Made by a program: the position numbers and the translations under genes
From: a virus
Taxonomy: Duplodnaviria; Caudoviricetes
IMG/VR virus record: IMGVR_UViG_3300017766_002176
Coordinates: 1-37,265 of that record
DNA length: 37,265 nucleotides
Reading direction: 5' to 3' (one strand)
Shown: positions 8,317-16,463 of the stretch, one piece after another
Layout: the number at the start of each line of letters is the position of its first letter
Numbering within the stretch: position 1 is the first letter of the stretch
The notes under the pieces: model-generated
Databases searched by the model: none
Seen by the model: only the letters and a program-made list of their open reading frames with translations
Told to the model about the DNA's origin: nothing

Positions 8317-8340
8317 CCAGCTTCACCCACGGAGGACACC

Positions 8341-9585
8341 GTGACAACCGTCATCGACCACACGCAGCGCGGCCATAGCCCGCTTGGCGCTTCCGGCGCG
8401 GAACGCTGGATGAACTGCCCTGGCTCCGTCGCCCTGCTGAAGGAGCTCGCCCTCCCCGAGAGCGACGATCCGTCCTACCGGGAGATCGGCACCGCCATGC
8501 ACGAGGCGGCCGAACATTGCCTGAAGGCCGGGATCGACACCTGGGAGATCGTCGGCGAGACCTTCAATAACGTGGAGATCGACGGCCCCCTGGCCGATGC
8601 GATCCAGGTCTACCTGGGCGTGGCGCGCAGCGACATCGACGCCTCCACCTTCCACTACGTCGAGTTCCCGGTCTCCAGCCCCGTTCACCCCCAATTCTAC
8701 GGCACCGCCGACCTGGTCGCGTTCCTGGTTCTCCTCGGGCACGTCCCGGCGAAGAACATCGGCGAGCTCTGCGGCGACGAGGCCGAGCTCCGGGTTCGGG
8801 ATCTCAAGGGCGGCGAAGGGATCGTCGTCGAGCCCGAGGAGAACCCGCAGCTGAAATACTACGCCTTCGGCGTGATCGACGGGATCGAGCGCCAGTCGAG
8901 CGTCGTCCTCCACCCGGATCTCAAGGTCCGCCTTGGCATCGTGCAGCCCCGGGCCTACCACGAGGAGGGCCCCGTGCGCGACTGGGTGACCACGGTCGGG
9001 GCGATCAAGGAATGGGTCCACGACACCCTGGTCCCCGCCATGCTGGCGACCGAGTACGACCACACCCTCGACGCCGGCCCCTGGTGCAGGTTCTGCGCCG
9101 CAAAGCTGGTGTGCCCGCTGCTGACCTCCCTGTTCCGGGCCGCCTGCATGGCGAACCCCAAGGAGATCATCAACTACAGCGACGAGAGCGCCGGCCGCAG
9201 CTACCAGTACGTCAAGGCCGTCGAGTTCTACCTCAAGGCCCTGAAGGACGACATCTTCCGCCGACTGAACACCGGCGTCCGCATGGATGGCGTGGCCAAG
9301 CTCGTCGACAAGAAGGCGAACCGGGTCTACACCTCCGGCGCTGCGGCCGAGGCGAAGACGAAGTTCGGGGCCGACGCCTTCACGAAGCCCGAGATCAAGT
9401 CGCCGGCTGAACTGGAGAAGCTGTCCCCGGCGGCCAAGGCCTGGGTCAAGGAGCACGCCTACCTGCCGAAGACTGGCCTGACCGTCGCCCTGTGGGACGA
9501 CCCCAAGCCGGCCGTGCGGGTCCAGACCACCAAGGAAGCGTTCGGCGACGCCATCGCCGCCCTCACTCAAGGAGAAGCCCCGTGA
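8341..9585 (+). CDS. DUF2800 family PD-(D/E)XK, Cas4-like exonuclease
   Basis: HSPLGASGAERWMNCPGS, GTAMHE, YGTAD, DLKGG, NPQLKYYA, WCRFCAAKLVCP (Fe-S-type Cys set); GTG start after GGAGGAC. Confidence 0.88.
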   Translation: MTTVIDHTQRGHSPLGASGAERWMNCPGSVALLKELALPESDDPSYREIGTAMHEAAEHCLKAGIDTWEIVGETFNNVEIDGPLADAIQVYLGVARSDIDASTFHYVEFPVSSPVHPQFYGTADLVAFLVLLGHVPAKNIGELCGDEAELRVRDLKGGEGIVVEPEENPQLKYYAFGVIDGIERQSSVVLHPDLKVRLGIVQPRAYHEEGPVRDWVTTVGAIKEWVHDTLVPAMLATEYDHTLDAGPWCRFCAAKLVCPLLTSLFRAACMANPKEIINYSDESAGRSYQYVKAVEFYLKALKDDIFRRLNTGVRMDGVAKLVDKKANRVYTSGAAAEAKTKFGADAFTKPEIKSPAELEKLSPAAKAWVKEHAYLPKTGLTVALWDDPKPAVRVQTTKEAFGDAIAALTQGEAP

Positions 9586-9791
9586 CCAAGATCACTCTCA
9601 CCGTTGAAGACCCCCCGTTCTGCGAGGGGAAGCTCGAAGTGACCGCCGCCTTCGACCTCGATAACATCCCGGAGGCGGCCCAGGGTAACGTCCTAGGGAC
9701 TGCTCTGAACGGGGTTGTCAGCCTGTTCGTCGAGGAATGGGGCAATACCGTCCGCGCCGGCGAGGTTGACGAAGACGACGACACCGAGTAG
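9582..9791 (+). CDS. Small acidic hypothetical protein (69 aa)
   Basis: AAGGAG RBS; GTGA overlap with the nuclease stop; ends VDEDDDTE. Confidence 0.7.
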   Translation: MTKITLTVEDPPFCEGKLEVTAAFDLDNIPEAAQGNVLGTALNGVVSLFVEEWGNTVRAGEVDEDDDTE

Positions 9792-9853
9792 CGTCCAGTC
9801 GCCAGCCCACCAGGGCATTTCACTAGCCGCTAGGCTACAAGCAGGAGGACGTC

Positions 9854-10558
9854 ATGTCCGAAGATAAAAACGAAGGCCTGTTCAACTCGACGGTGCCTGT
9901 TTTCGGTAGCTTCCCGAACGTCATGGAAGCCAAGGCCGTGAAGAAGAACGGCAAGGAAACCGGGGAGCCCAAGTTCTCCTACAACTTCGAGTTTCCCGCC
10001 GACCACCCCGACCTCAAGTCGCTCAAGTCCCTCGCCCTCAAGCTGGCGAAAGCCAAGTGGCCGGGCCGGGACATCGTCCGCGAGGCCGCTCTGGTCGACG
10101 CCAACGGCAACAAGAAGCTCTCCACCTTCAACTTCCCCTGGTCCCTCGGCGACAGCCTGGCGGAGAAGGCGAAGAAGAACGGCAAGGACCGCGAATGGAG
10201 CCGCGGCCGTCTGGTCCTGACTGCCCGGTCCAAGTACGAGCCCCGCCTGTCGGCCATCGTCAACGGCCAGCTGGTGGAGTTCGACGGAGAGAACCAGCCG
10301 CGCGCCCTCGCCAAGAAGCACTTCTTCACCGGCGCGGACGTCCTGTTCCAGGTCAACCTCCAGGCCTACGAAGGCGTCGGCGACACTGGGGCGGACGGCG
10401 TGACCGCCTACCTGAACATGGTCCTCGCCACCGGCAAGGGCAAGAAGGTCGGCGGCAGCGCACCCTCCGCGGCCGACACGTTCAAGGGCTACATCGGCAC
10501 CGTCTCGAACGAAGACGTCGCCGCCGGCCTGGACGACGACGAAGAAGTCGAGTTCTAG
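9854..10558 (+). CDS. DUF2815 / T7 gp2.5-like single-stranded DNA-binding protein
   Basis: SFPNV..EPKFS, GVTAYLNMV, acidic tail ending in an aromatic residue (LDDDEEVEF); lies between DUF2800 and PolA. Confidence 0.85.
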   Translation: MSEDKNEGLFNSTVPVFGSFPNVMEAKAVKKNGKETGEPKFSYNFEFPADHPDLKSLKSLALKLAKAKWPGRDIVREAALVDANGNKKLSTFNFPWSLGDSLAEKAKKNGKDREWSRGRLVLTARSKYEPRLSAIVNGQLVEFDGENQPRALAKKHFFTGADVLFQVNLQAYEGVGDTGADGVTAYLNMVLATGKGKKVGGSAPSAADTFKGYIGTVSNEDVAAGLDDDEEVEF

Positions 10559-10664
10559 GGAGCCGTGCAGTTGCCCGGTGCTGCCGAGGCAACCCCCTAG
10601 ACCCGCCGCCCTGCTAGTTAGACGCTGCACTCCGCAACCGATAAACAGCAGGGCGGCTTTTCTT
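10555..10664 (+). promoter_or_regulatory. Two-hairpin structured leader / terminator-attenuator upstream of the DNA polymerase
   Basis: Perfect 11-bp stem GCCGCCCTGCT (10605-10615)/AGCAGGGCGGC (10647-10657) plus TTTTCTT; upstream hairpin CTAGGG/CCCTAG and GTTGCC/GGCAAC. Confidence 0.6.
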
Positions 10665-10678
10665 CAGGAGGACTGACC

Positions 10679-12664
10679 TTGGCCTACGTCGTCGACTTCG
10701 AGAGCAAGAGCCGCTGCGACCTGAAGAAGGCCGGAGCCTGGCGCTATGCTGAACACCCGACGACGGAGGTTCTGTGCCTGTCCTACGGGCCGGTCAACAG
10801 TGAGGCTTTGTACACCTGGTTCCCGGGACAGTCGCAGCCGCTCTCGCTCCTGGAGGCAATCGAAGCCGGAGAGATCTTCATCGCGCACAACGCCGGCTTC
10901 GAGCAGGCTATGTGGGCCAGACACATGGTCGACCGCTACAACTGGCCGGCTATCCCGGTTCGCCAGTGGCACGACACCCAGGCTCGGTGCGCCAGCATCG
11001 CCATCCCCCAGGCCCTGGAGAAGGTCGGTAAGGCCCTGCAGCTGACGACCGAGAAGGACATGGAGGGCAACCGCCTGACCCTGTCTCTGTCTCGGGTCGA
11101 CAAGAAGACCGGCGAGCTCCCCGAGGTCACGCCGTTTACTCTCCTGCGCGTCGGGCAATACTGCGAGGTCGACGTCAAGGAGCAGCGCGAGCTCCACCGC
11201 CGGATCGGCTGGCTCGAACCCGACGAGCGCCAGGTTTGGCTCCTGGACCAGCGCACCAACCAGCGCGGCGTCCGCCTCGACGTGCCCCTGATCGCCGCCA
11301 TGCGCCAGGTCGTGGACCGGGGCTCGGCCCCGCTGGCAGAGGAGTTCGCCAGGCTGACCGGCGGCCTGAAGATGACCCAGCGGGATAAGGTCATGGCGTG
11401 GATGCTCGCCCGTGGCGTGATGATGCCGAACATGACGAAGGAGACCCTGGCGGCCGTGCTAGGGGAGACCGACGAAGGCGAGGAGATCGACGAGGACGAC
11501 CGCCTGGACCTGGATCTCCCGGCCGAGGTCGAGCGCGCCCTGCGCATCCGCCAGCTGATCGGTTCCTCCTCCATCAAGAAGCTCGGCGCGATGGAGGCCT
11601 GCGTCTGCGACGACGGCCGCGCCCGGGGTCTGCTCGCCTACCATGCCGCCAGCACGGGGCGCTTCGCCGGCCGGCTGATCCAGCCGCAGAACTTCCCGCG
11701 CGGCAACGATGTCGAGATCGACATTGATGGTAAGATCGCTGCGATCATGACGGGAGACCCGGACTTTGTCTACATGGCGCTCGGCTACCAGCCTGTTGAA
11801 ACAGTTGTGGCTTCTCTGCGCCACGCTATTATTTCTAACCCTGATCGCTATCTGGTGGCGGGCGACTTCGCGGGGATCGAGGCGCGTCTGGCCCTGGCCC
11901 TAGCCGGCCAGCATGACAAGACCGAGCTCATGGCGAGCGGCGTGGACGTCTACTGTGACATGGCGGCTACGATCTACGGTCACCCGGTCAACAAGAAGGA
12001 ACACCCCGAGAAGCGCCAGATCGGCAAGAACTCCGTGCTCGGCCTCGGCTTCGGCATGGGTGCCCCGAAGTTCCACTCCCGGTACGCCAAGGACCAGCCC
12101 CTGGAGTTCATTCAGAGCGTCGTGGCGGCCTATCGCAAGAACTGGGCACCGAAGGTCCCGGACCTGTGGAAGGGCCTGGAGCACGCGGCGATCCGGGCGG
12201 TCTGGGACGGCGGCGCGCACGAGGCCTACGGGGTCTCCTACCGCAAGGTCGATCAGTGGCTGGTGGCGACCTACCCGGACGGCTCGAAGCAATGGTACTT
12301 CGACCCGCGGCCGACCCGCCAGGCCATGCCCTGGGACCCCGAGGACATCCGCCGGTCCTGGACCTACCGCCAGGTCAAGCAGGGCCGCCTGATCACCATC
12401 AACGCCTACGGTGCCCTGCTCACCGAGAACTACGCGCAGCACATGGCGCGCCAGCTGCTAATCGACGCCTGGAAGAAGGCCGAGAAGGAGCGCATACCAA
12501 TCGTGCTGACCGTCCACGACGAGCTCGTTGGCGAACCGGAAAGCTCTAGGCAGGACGCCGAAACCGTGCTAGCTCAGATCATGGAGGACCGACCTGACTG
12601 GGCACGCGAGATCAAGCTGCCTGTCGCCGTTGAAACCTGGGCCGGAGACCGATACCGCAAATGA
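10679..12664 (+). CDS. Family A DNA polymerase with 3'-5' exonuclease (APSE/BPP-1-like)
   Basis: Exo I VVDFES, Exo II AHNAGFE, Exo III YCEVDV; motif A GDFAGIEAR, motif B RQIGKNSVLGLGFGMG, motif C TVHDEL; TTG start with AGGAGG. Confidence 0.95.
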   Translation: MAYVVDFESKSRCDLKKAGAWRYAEHPTTEVLCLSYGPVNSEALYTWFPGQSQPLSLLEAIEAGEIFIAHNAGFEQAMWARHMVDRYNWPAIPVRQWHDTQARCASIAIPQALEKVGKALQLTTEKDMEGNRLTLSLSRVDKKTGELPEVTPFTLLRVGQYCEVDVKEQRELHRRIGWLEPDERQVWLLDQRTNQRGVRLDVPLIAAMRQVVDRGSAPLAEEFARLTGGLKMTQRDKVMAWMLARGVMMPNMTKETLAAVLGETDEGEEIDEDDRLDLDLPAEVERALRIRQLIGSSSIKKLGAMEACVCDDGRARGLLAYHAASTGRFAGRLIQPQNFPRGNDVEIDIDGKIAAIMTGDPDFVYMALGYQPVETVVASLRHAIISNPDRYLVAGDFAGIEARLALALAGQHDKTELMASGVDVYCDMAATIYGHPVNKKEHPEKRQIGKNSVLGLGFGMGAPKFHSRYAKDQPLEFIQSVVAAYRKNWAPKVPDLWKGLEHAAIRAVWDGGAHEAYGVSYRKVDQWLVATYPDGSKQWYFDPRPTRQAMPWDPEDIRRSWTYRQVKQGRLITINAYGALLTENYAQHMARQLLIDAWKKAEKERIPIVLTVHDELVGEPESSRQDAETVLAQIMEDRPDWAREIKLPVAVETWAGDRYRK

Positions 12665-13119
12665 AAATTGCAACCTTCGACCTCGGCTCGAACATGGCTG
12701 TCGCGCACAACCTGCTCGGACATCCCGTCGTCGCCAGCCGTTCCTACAAGGGCACCCGGGTCGCCCGAGCCCATCAAACCCTGTGGCTGCTGCAGGATCT
12801 GCGCCGGCAATTCGAGGAGCACGGCGGCGTGGACGTGGTCCTCTACGAGCGGCCGTTCGCCCGGGGCCAGGACGCGACGCGCTGCCTGTGGGGGATCGCC
12901 GGCCTGATCGAGGCGGTCTTCGGTGACCATTGCGCCGTCCTGGACATCACCCCGGCCGAGATCAAGAAGTACGCGACTGGCGACTCCAAGGCCGACAAGG
13001 ACGCCATGATCTTCGCTGCTATGCTCACGGGCTACAGCGGCGAGAACGAACACGAAGCCGACGCCTGGTGCCTCATGCGCATGGCCGAGGAAACCCTTAC
13101 CAAGGAGAAAATAAAGTGA
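12661..13119 (+). CDS. RuvC-like Holliday junction resolvase
   Basis: N-terminal IATFDLGS, VLYERPF, EIKKYATG..ADK, NEHEADA acidic catalytic set; ATGA overlap with the polymerase. Confidence 0.85.
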   Translation: MKIATFDLGSNMAVAHNLLGHPVVASRSYKGTRVARAHQTLWLLQDLRRQFEEHGGVDVVLYERPFARGQDATRCLWGIAGLIEAVFGDHCAVLDITPAEIKKYATGDSKADKDAMIFAAMLTGYSGENEHEADAWCLMRMAEETLTKEKIK

Positions 13120-14348
13120 GCAAGATCTCAGACGCCGACCTGATCGGGGACCTCAAGGTCATCCGCGCGCAGGGCTCTGTCGCCGCCGCCGCCCGCTTCC
13201 TGGGCTGCGACCGATCAGGCCTGAACCAACGGGCTAGCGAGGCGAAGGCCCGCGGCCTGACCGCCGATACCCCCGTCCTCGACAAGGCCTCCAAGCTGGA
13301 GATCGCCCTGAAGCAGGCCCGCGCCGACCTGAAGTCCCTGCAGCGTGAGGCCGACACCGCGGAGAAGATCCGCGAGACCATCTATAACCTCGCCTCCCGC
13401 ACCCCCGAGCCGCCGGCGTGGCTGGAGCGGAAGGCCGGCGGCAAGGGCATCCGCGGCGTCCCGGTCACCATCTGGAGCGACTGGCACTACGGCGAGATCG
13501 TGCGGCCGGAGGAGGTCGGAGGCGTCAACGAGTTCAATGCCGAGGTCGCGGCCGACCGCATCCGCAAGCTGGTGGACGTGACCATTGAGCTCTGCACCGA
13601 GCACATGGGCCGCGCTGAACAACAGTGGCCCGGCATCGTCGTGTGCCTGGGCGGCGACATGATCAGCGGCGACCTCCACGAGGAACTTTTCGCCACCAAC
13701 GACCGCACCACCCAACAGTGCATCAACGAGCTCACCGATCACCTGGCCGCCGCCCTGGAGCGCATGGCTGACAAGTTCGGCAAGGTCTTCGTGCCCTGCG
13801 TGGTCGGCAACCACGGCCGCGCCAGCAAGAAGCCGCGCATGAAGGGCCGGGTCTACACCTCCCACGAGTGGAACATCTATTGCAACCTGGAACGCCACTT
13901 CCGGCGCGACGGCCGCATCCAGTTCTACATCCCCGGGGAGACGGACGCCTACTTCCGGGTCCACGGCCACCGCTTCCTGCTGACCCATGGCGATAGCCTG
14001 GGCGTCAAGGGCGGCGACGGGATCATCGGAGCCATCGGCCCCATCAAGCGCGGCACCCTGAAGATCGGGCACAGCGAGGCCCAGATCGGCCGCGACGTGG
14101 ACACCGTTCTCATGGGCCACTGGCACCAGATGCTCTGGCTCCCGGGCGTGATCGTCAACGGCGCGCTGAAGGGCTACGACGAGTATGCTCGCCTGGCCAT
14201 CCGCGCCCCCTACGAGCGCCCGAGCCAGGCCCTGTTCTTCGTCCACCCCGAGCATGGGATAACCGCCAAGTGGGAGGTGTTCCTCGACAAGCAGCGGGAC
14301 GTGTCGGAGAACAACGAATGGCTGACCTGGCTTCAGCCGAAGGCCTGA
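13116..14348 (+). CDS. Calcineurin-like metallophosphoesterase with N-terminal HTH and coiled coil
   Basis: SDWHYG, GGDMISG, GNHGR, THGD, GHWH; HTH GSVAAAARFLGCDRSGL; GTG start with AAGGAG RBS. Confidence 0.87.
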   Translation: MSKISDADLIGDLKVIRAQGSVAAAARFLGCDRSGLNQRASEAKARGLTADTPVLDKASKLEIALKQARADLKSLQREADTAEKIRETIYNLASRTPEPPAWLERKAGGKGIRGVPVTIWSDWHYGEIVRPEEVGGVNEFNAEVAADRIRKLVDVTIELCTEHMGRAEQQWPGIVVCLGGDMISGDLHEELFATNDRTTQQCINELTDHLAAALERMADKFGKVFVPCVVGNHGRASKKPRMKGRVYTSHEWNIYCNLERHFRRDGRIQFYIPGETDAYFRVHGHRFLLTHGDSLGVKGGDGIIGAIGPIKRGTLKIGHSEAQIGRDVDTVLMGHWHQMLWLPGVIVNGALKGYDEYARLAIRAPYERPSQALFFVHPEHGITAKWEVFLDKQRDVSENNEWLTWLQPKA

Positions 14349-14371
14349 ACCGAGACTAGGAGGACACCACC

Positions 14372-14893
14372 ATGAGCTTCGATCTCCACCCCATCATCGA
14401 CGAGGAGCACTGGGGCCTCGCCTGCCGGCACATCGGGTCGCTCTACCGGCCGCCCGATCTCGTGATCTCGCCTGACGGGAACCCCTACCTCTACCGCTGG
14501 CACGTCATCCCGCGGAACCTGGACGCCAACATCTACTTCCACGTCCAGGTCGCCAGTGACCCCGAGCGGCCCCTGCACGACCACCCGTGGGACAACACGT
14601 CGATCATCCTCGCCGGCGGCTACAACGAGATCGTGCAGACCCCCGGCGCGTTCCGCCAGGTCTACACCCGGCGCGTCGGCGACATCGTCCACCGGCCGGC
14701 GGAGCAGGCCCATCGCCTGGTCCTGCCGGGGCACCTCAAGTACACCATGACCCTGTTCGTCACCGGGCCCAAGGTCCGCGAGTGGGGCTTCTGGTGCTAC
14801 GACCACCGGGGCCGCAGCGTCTGGGTCCCGCAACACCAGTGCATCGTCAACAACCCGGACGGCACGTCCGTTTTCAAGGAGCCAGACCTGTGA
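14372..14893 (+). CDS. Cupin-fold (double-stranded beta helix) metalloprotein
   Basis: LHDHPW..SIILAGGYNE and GDIVHRPAEQAHRL..TLFVTGP give a His-x-His...His metal set; AGGAGG RBS. Confidence 0.75.
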   Translation: MSFDLHPIIDEEHWGLACRHIGSLYRPPDLVISPDGNPYLYRWHVIPRNLDANIYFHVQVASDPERPLHDHPWDNTSIILAGGYNEIVQTPGAFRQVYTRRVGDIVHRPAEQAHRLVLPGHLKYTMTLFVTGPKVREWGFWCYDHRGRSVWVPQHQCIVNNPDGTSVFKEPDL

Positions 14894-15354
14894 CCCTGAC
14901 CACTGACGCCGCCGCGCGCAAAGCCATGCCCATCGCCACTGGCGTTCTGGACTACTTCCCGGACGCTCTGGCCGCCGTCGCCCATTGCTCGAAGGTCGGC
15001 AACGACCAGCACAACCCGGGCGAACCCCTCCACTGGGCGAAGGAGAAGTCGACCGACGAGCCCGACGCCCTGATCCGCCACCTGATCGAACGCGGGACCG
15101 TCGACACCGATGGCGTTCGCCACAGCGCCAAGGTCGCCTGGCGGGCGCTCGCGCTCCTGCAGCGGGAGATCGAGGCCGAGCAACAGAAGCCGAAAGATGA
15201 CCGACCTGACTGGGCTCGCCCCATAGCGGTCACCGATGCCCAGGCCACGGCCACGGCCACGGCCACGGTACGCCGAGCGATGGATGCCTTGAAGGCAGCG
15301 GCGGATGCGGCCGACAAGAAGTACGACCGGCCGGGCCTCTACCCGGAGGACTGA
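14890..15354 (+). CDS. DUF5664 / dATP-dGTP diphosphohydrolase-like protein
   Basis: YFPDALAAVAHCS..GN..H...W...DALIRH...D.DGVRHSAKVAWRALALL; GTGA overlap with the cupin stop. Confidence 0.75.
   Translation: MTLTTDAAARKAMPIATGVLDYFPDALAAVAHCSKVGNDQHNPGEPLHWAKEKSTDEPDALIRHLIERGTVDTDGVRHSAKVAWRALALLQREIEAEQQKPKDDRPDWARPIAVTDAQATATATATVRRAMDALKAAADAADKKYDRPGLYPED
15243..15268. repeat. (GGCCAC)x4 in-frame hexamer repeat encoding ATATATAT
   Basis: Read directly from the sequence. Confidence 0.85.
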
Positions 15355-15400
15355 CTTGGCCACCCCCTTCCCTGACTGAGCGCCGCCGCGATCTTCGGAC

Positions 15401-15443
15401 AAAGAAAAGGCCCCCGGGAGTGATCTCGGGGGCCTTCGTCGTT
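15401..15443. terminator. Intrinsic terminator between the convergent arms, strongest on the - strand
   Basis: 13-bp stem AAGGCCCCCGGGA-GTGA-TCTCGGGGGCCTT (15407-15436) with an A-rich 5' flank that reads as a U tract on -. Confidence 0.85.
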
Positions 15444-15462
15444 CCGGGTGTAGGGTCGGAGC

Positions 15463-15921
15463 TTAGAACTGCTCGTCCGCCGCCTCCGCGGGGGGCTCCA
15501 CGGGCGCGGCCGTTTCTGCCGGAGCTTCGGTCGTCTCGGGCGGAACGTCCGTCACGGGGGCTTCTGTGGGCTCGGTGACTTCCTCGGGCACGCCCTCGGC
15601 GTCCAGGTGGGTGTCCACGGCGGCCAGGAGCTTCGAGATCTGGTCCTCGGCCCTGGCGAGATCCGTGGTCAGTTCGGCGATGCGAACCTGCGCGGCGTCC
15701 AGGGCGTCCTTCTTCTCGGCCGCGGCGGCTTCAGCGGCTTGCACCGCGGCGGCCTGCTTGGCGACGGTCGCCTTGTGGGCTTCCGCGTCAGCCAGGGCCT
15801 GGGCGCTGACGGCCGCGATCTTGTTCGCGAGGGTGACGGCCTCGGCGGCGTTGTGCTGGCCGGCGAGGGTGGAAAGTCGAGACAGCTGGCGCTCGATCTC
15901 AGGGGCGAATTTCTCACTCAT
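15463..15921 (-). CDS. Hypothetical Ala-rich coiled-coil protein with an acidic Pro/Glu tail
   Basis: AAGGAG RBS; ATGA overlap with the Rz stop; last gene of the late arm. Confidence 0.78.
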   Translation of the reverse strand: MSEKFAPEIERQLSRLSTLAGQHNAAEAVTLANKIAAVSAQALADAEAHKATVAKQAAAVQAAEAAAAEKKDALDAAQVRIAELTTDLARAEDQISKLLAAVDTHLDAEGVPEEVTEPTEAPVTDVPPETTEAPAETAAPVEPPAEAADEQF

Positions 15922-16463
15922 TGGGGTATCTCCTTGGTGCTGTTGAACAGGTCAGTTCTGGCGCGGGTGTCCGCGATCAGGGCGTTCAGTTGCTCGGCGT
16001 TTTGCTGGCCGACGCCGTAGTTCTCGACGATGGAAGCTGCCAGAGCAGAGGCTTTAACTGGCGCGCAGGCGTCATCAGATTTGCCGGCGGGTAGTTCAAG
16101 GTCGCCTGGATCGGCACCGAGCGCGGCGGCGTCGAGCACGCGGACAAGGCCGTAAGTGACGCAGCCAGAAGCATCTTGAGCAGGGGTGACATGGTCGGGT
16201 ATCCTCTTGATGATGGTCGTGGTCCGGTAGACGATCCGCTCCTGGACCTGGGCCTGGGTGACCGCGGCGGTGGTATCCCGGGCGGCCTGGACTTTCTCAG
16301 CCGCGGCGACGTGATCTTCGGCGGCCTTCACGACGGCGGCGTCGGCCGCGACGTGGGCGTTCCATTTCTTCTGCCAGTGGGCATCGGTGACCGTGGAGCC
16401 AACGACGAGCCCGACAGCGAGCGCGGCGAACATCGCGGCCAGCGCGAGATAGATCTTGATCAC
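15918..16463 (-). CDS. Inner-membrane spanin (Rz-like)
   Basis: GTGA overlap with the endolysin stop; N-terminal TM (IYLALAAMFAALAVGLVVG) then Ala-rich coiled coil; contains a nested lipoprotein ORF. Confidence 0.82.
   Translation of the reverse strand: MIKIYLALAAMFAALAVGLVVGSTVTDAHWQKKWNAHVAADAAVVKAAEDHVAAAEKVQAARDTTAAVTQAQVQERIVYRTTTIIKRIPDHVTPAQDASGCVTYGLVRVLDAAALGADPGDLELPAGKSDDACAPVKASALAASIVENYGVGQQNAEQLNALIADTRARTDLFNSTKEIPQ
15986..16192 (-). CDS. Outer-membrane spanin lipoprotein (Rz1-like), fully nested in Rz in another frame
   Basis: MSPLLKMLLAASLTALSA-C signal peptide with LSAC lipobox; Pro-rich mature part (YPPANLMTP). Confidence 0.8.
   Translation of the reverse strand: MSPLLKMLLAASLTALSACSTPPRSVPIQATLNYPPANLMTPARQLKPLLWQLPSSRTTASASKTPSN

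Noticed and set aside
8341-9585. Cas4-like gene as evidence of a CRISPR system
   Set aside because: No repeat-spacer array or other cas genes; DUF2800-DUF2815-PolA is a standard phage replication module
15243-15268. Short tandem repeats here and at 1867-1897 as phase-variation switches
   Set aside because: Unit lengths of 6 and 12 keep the frame and lie in low-complexity C-terminal tails
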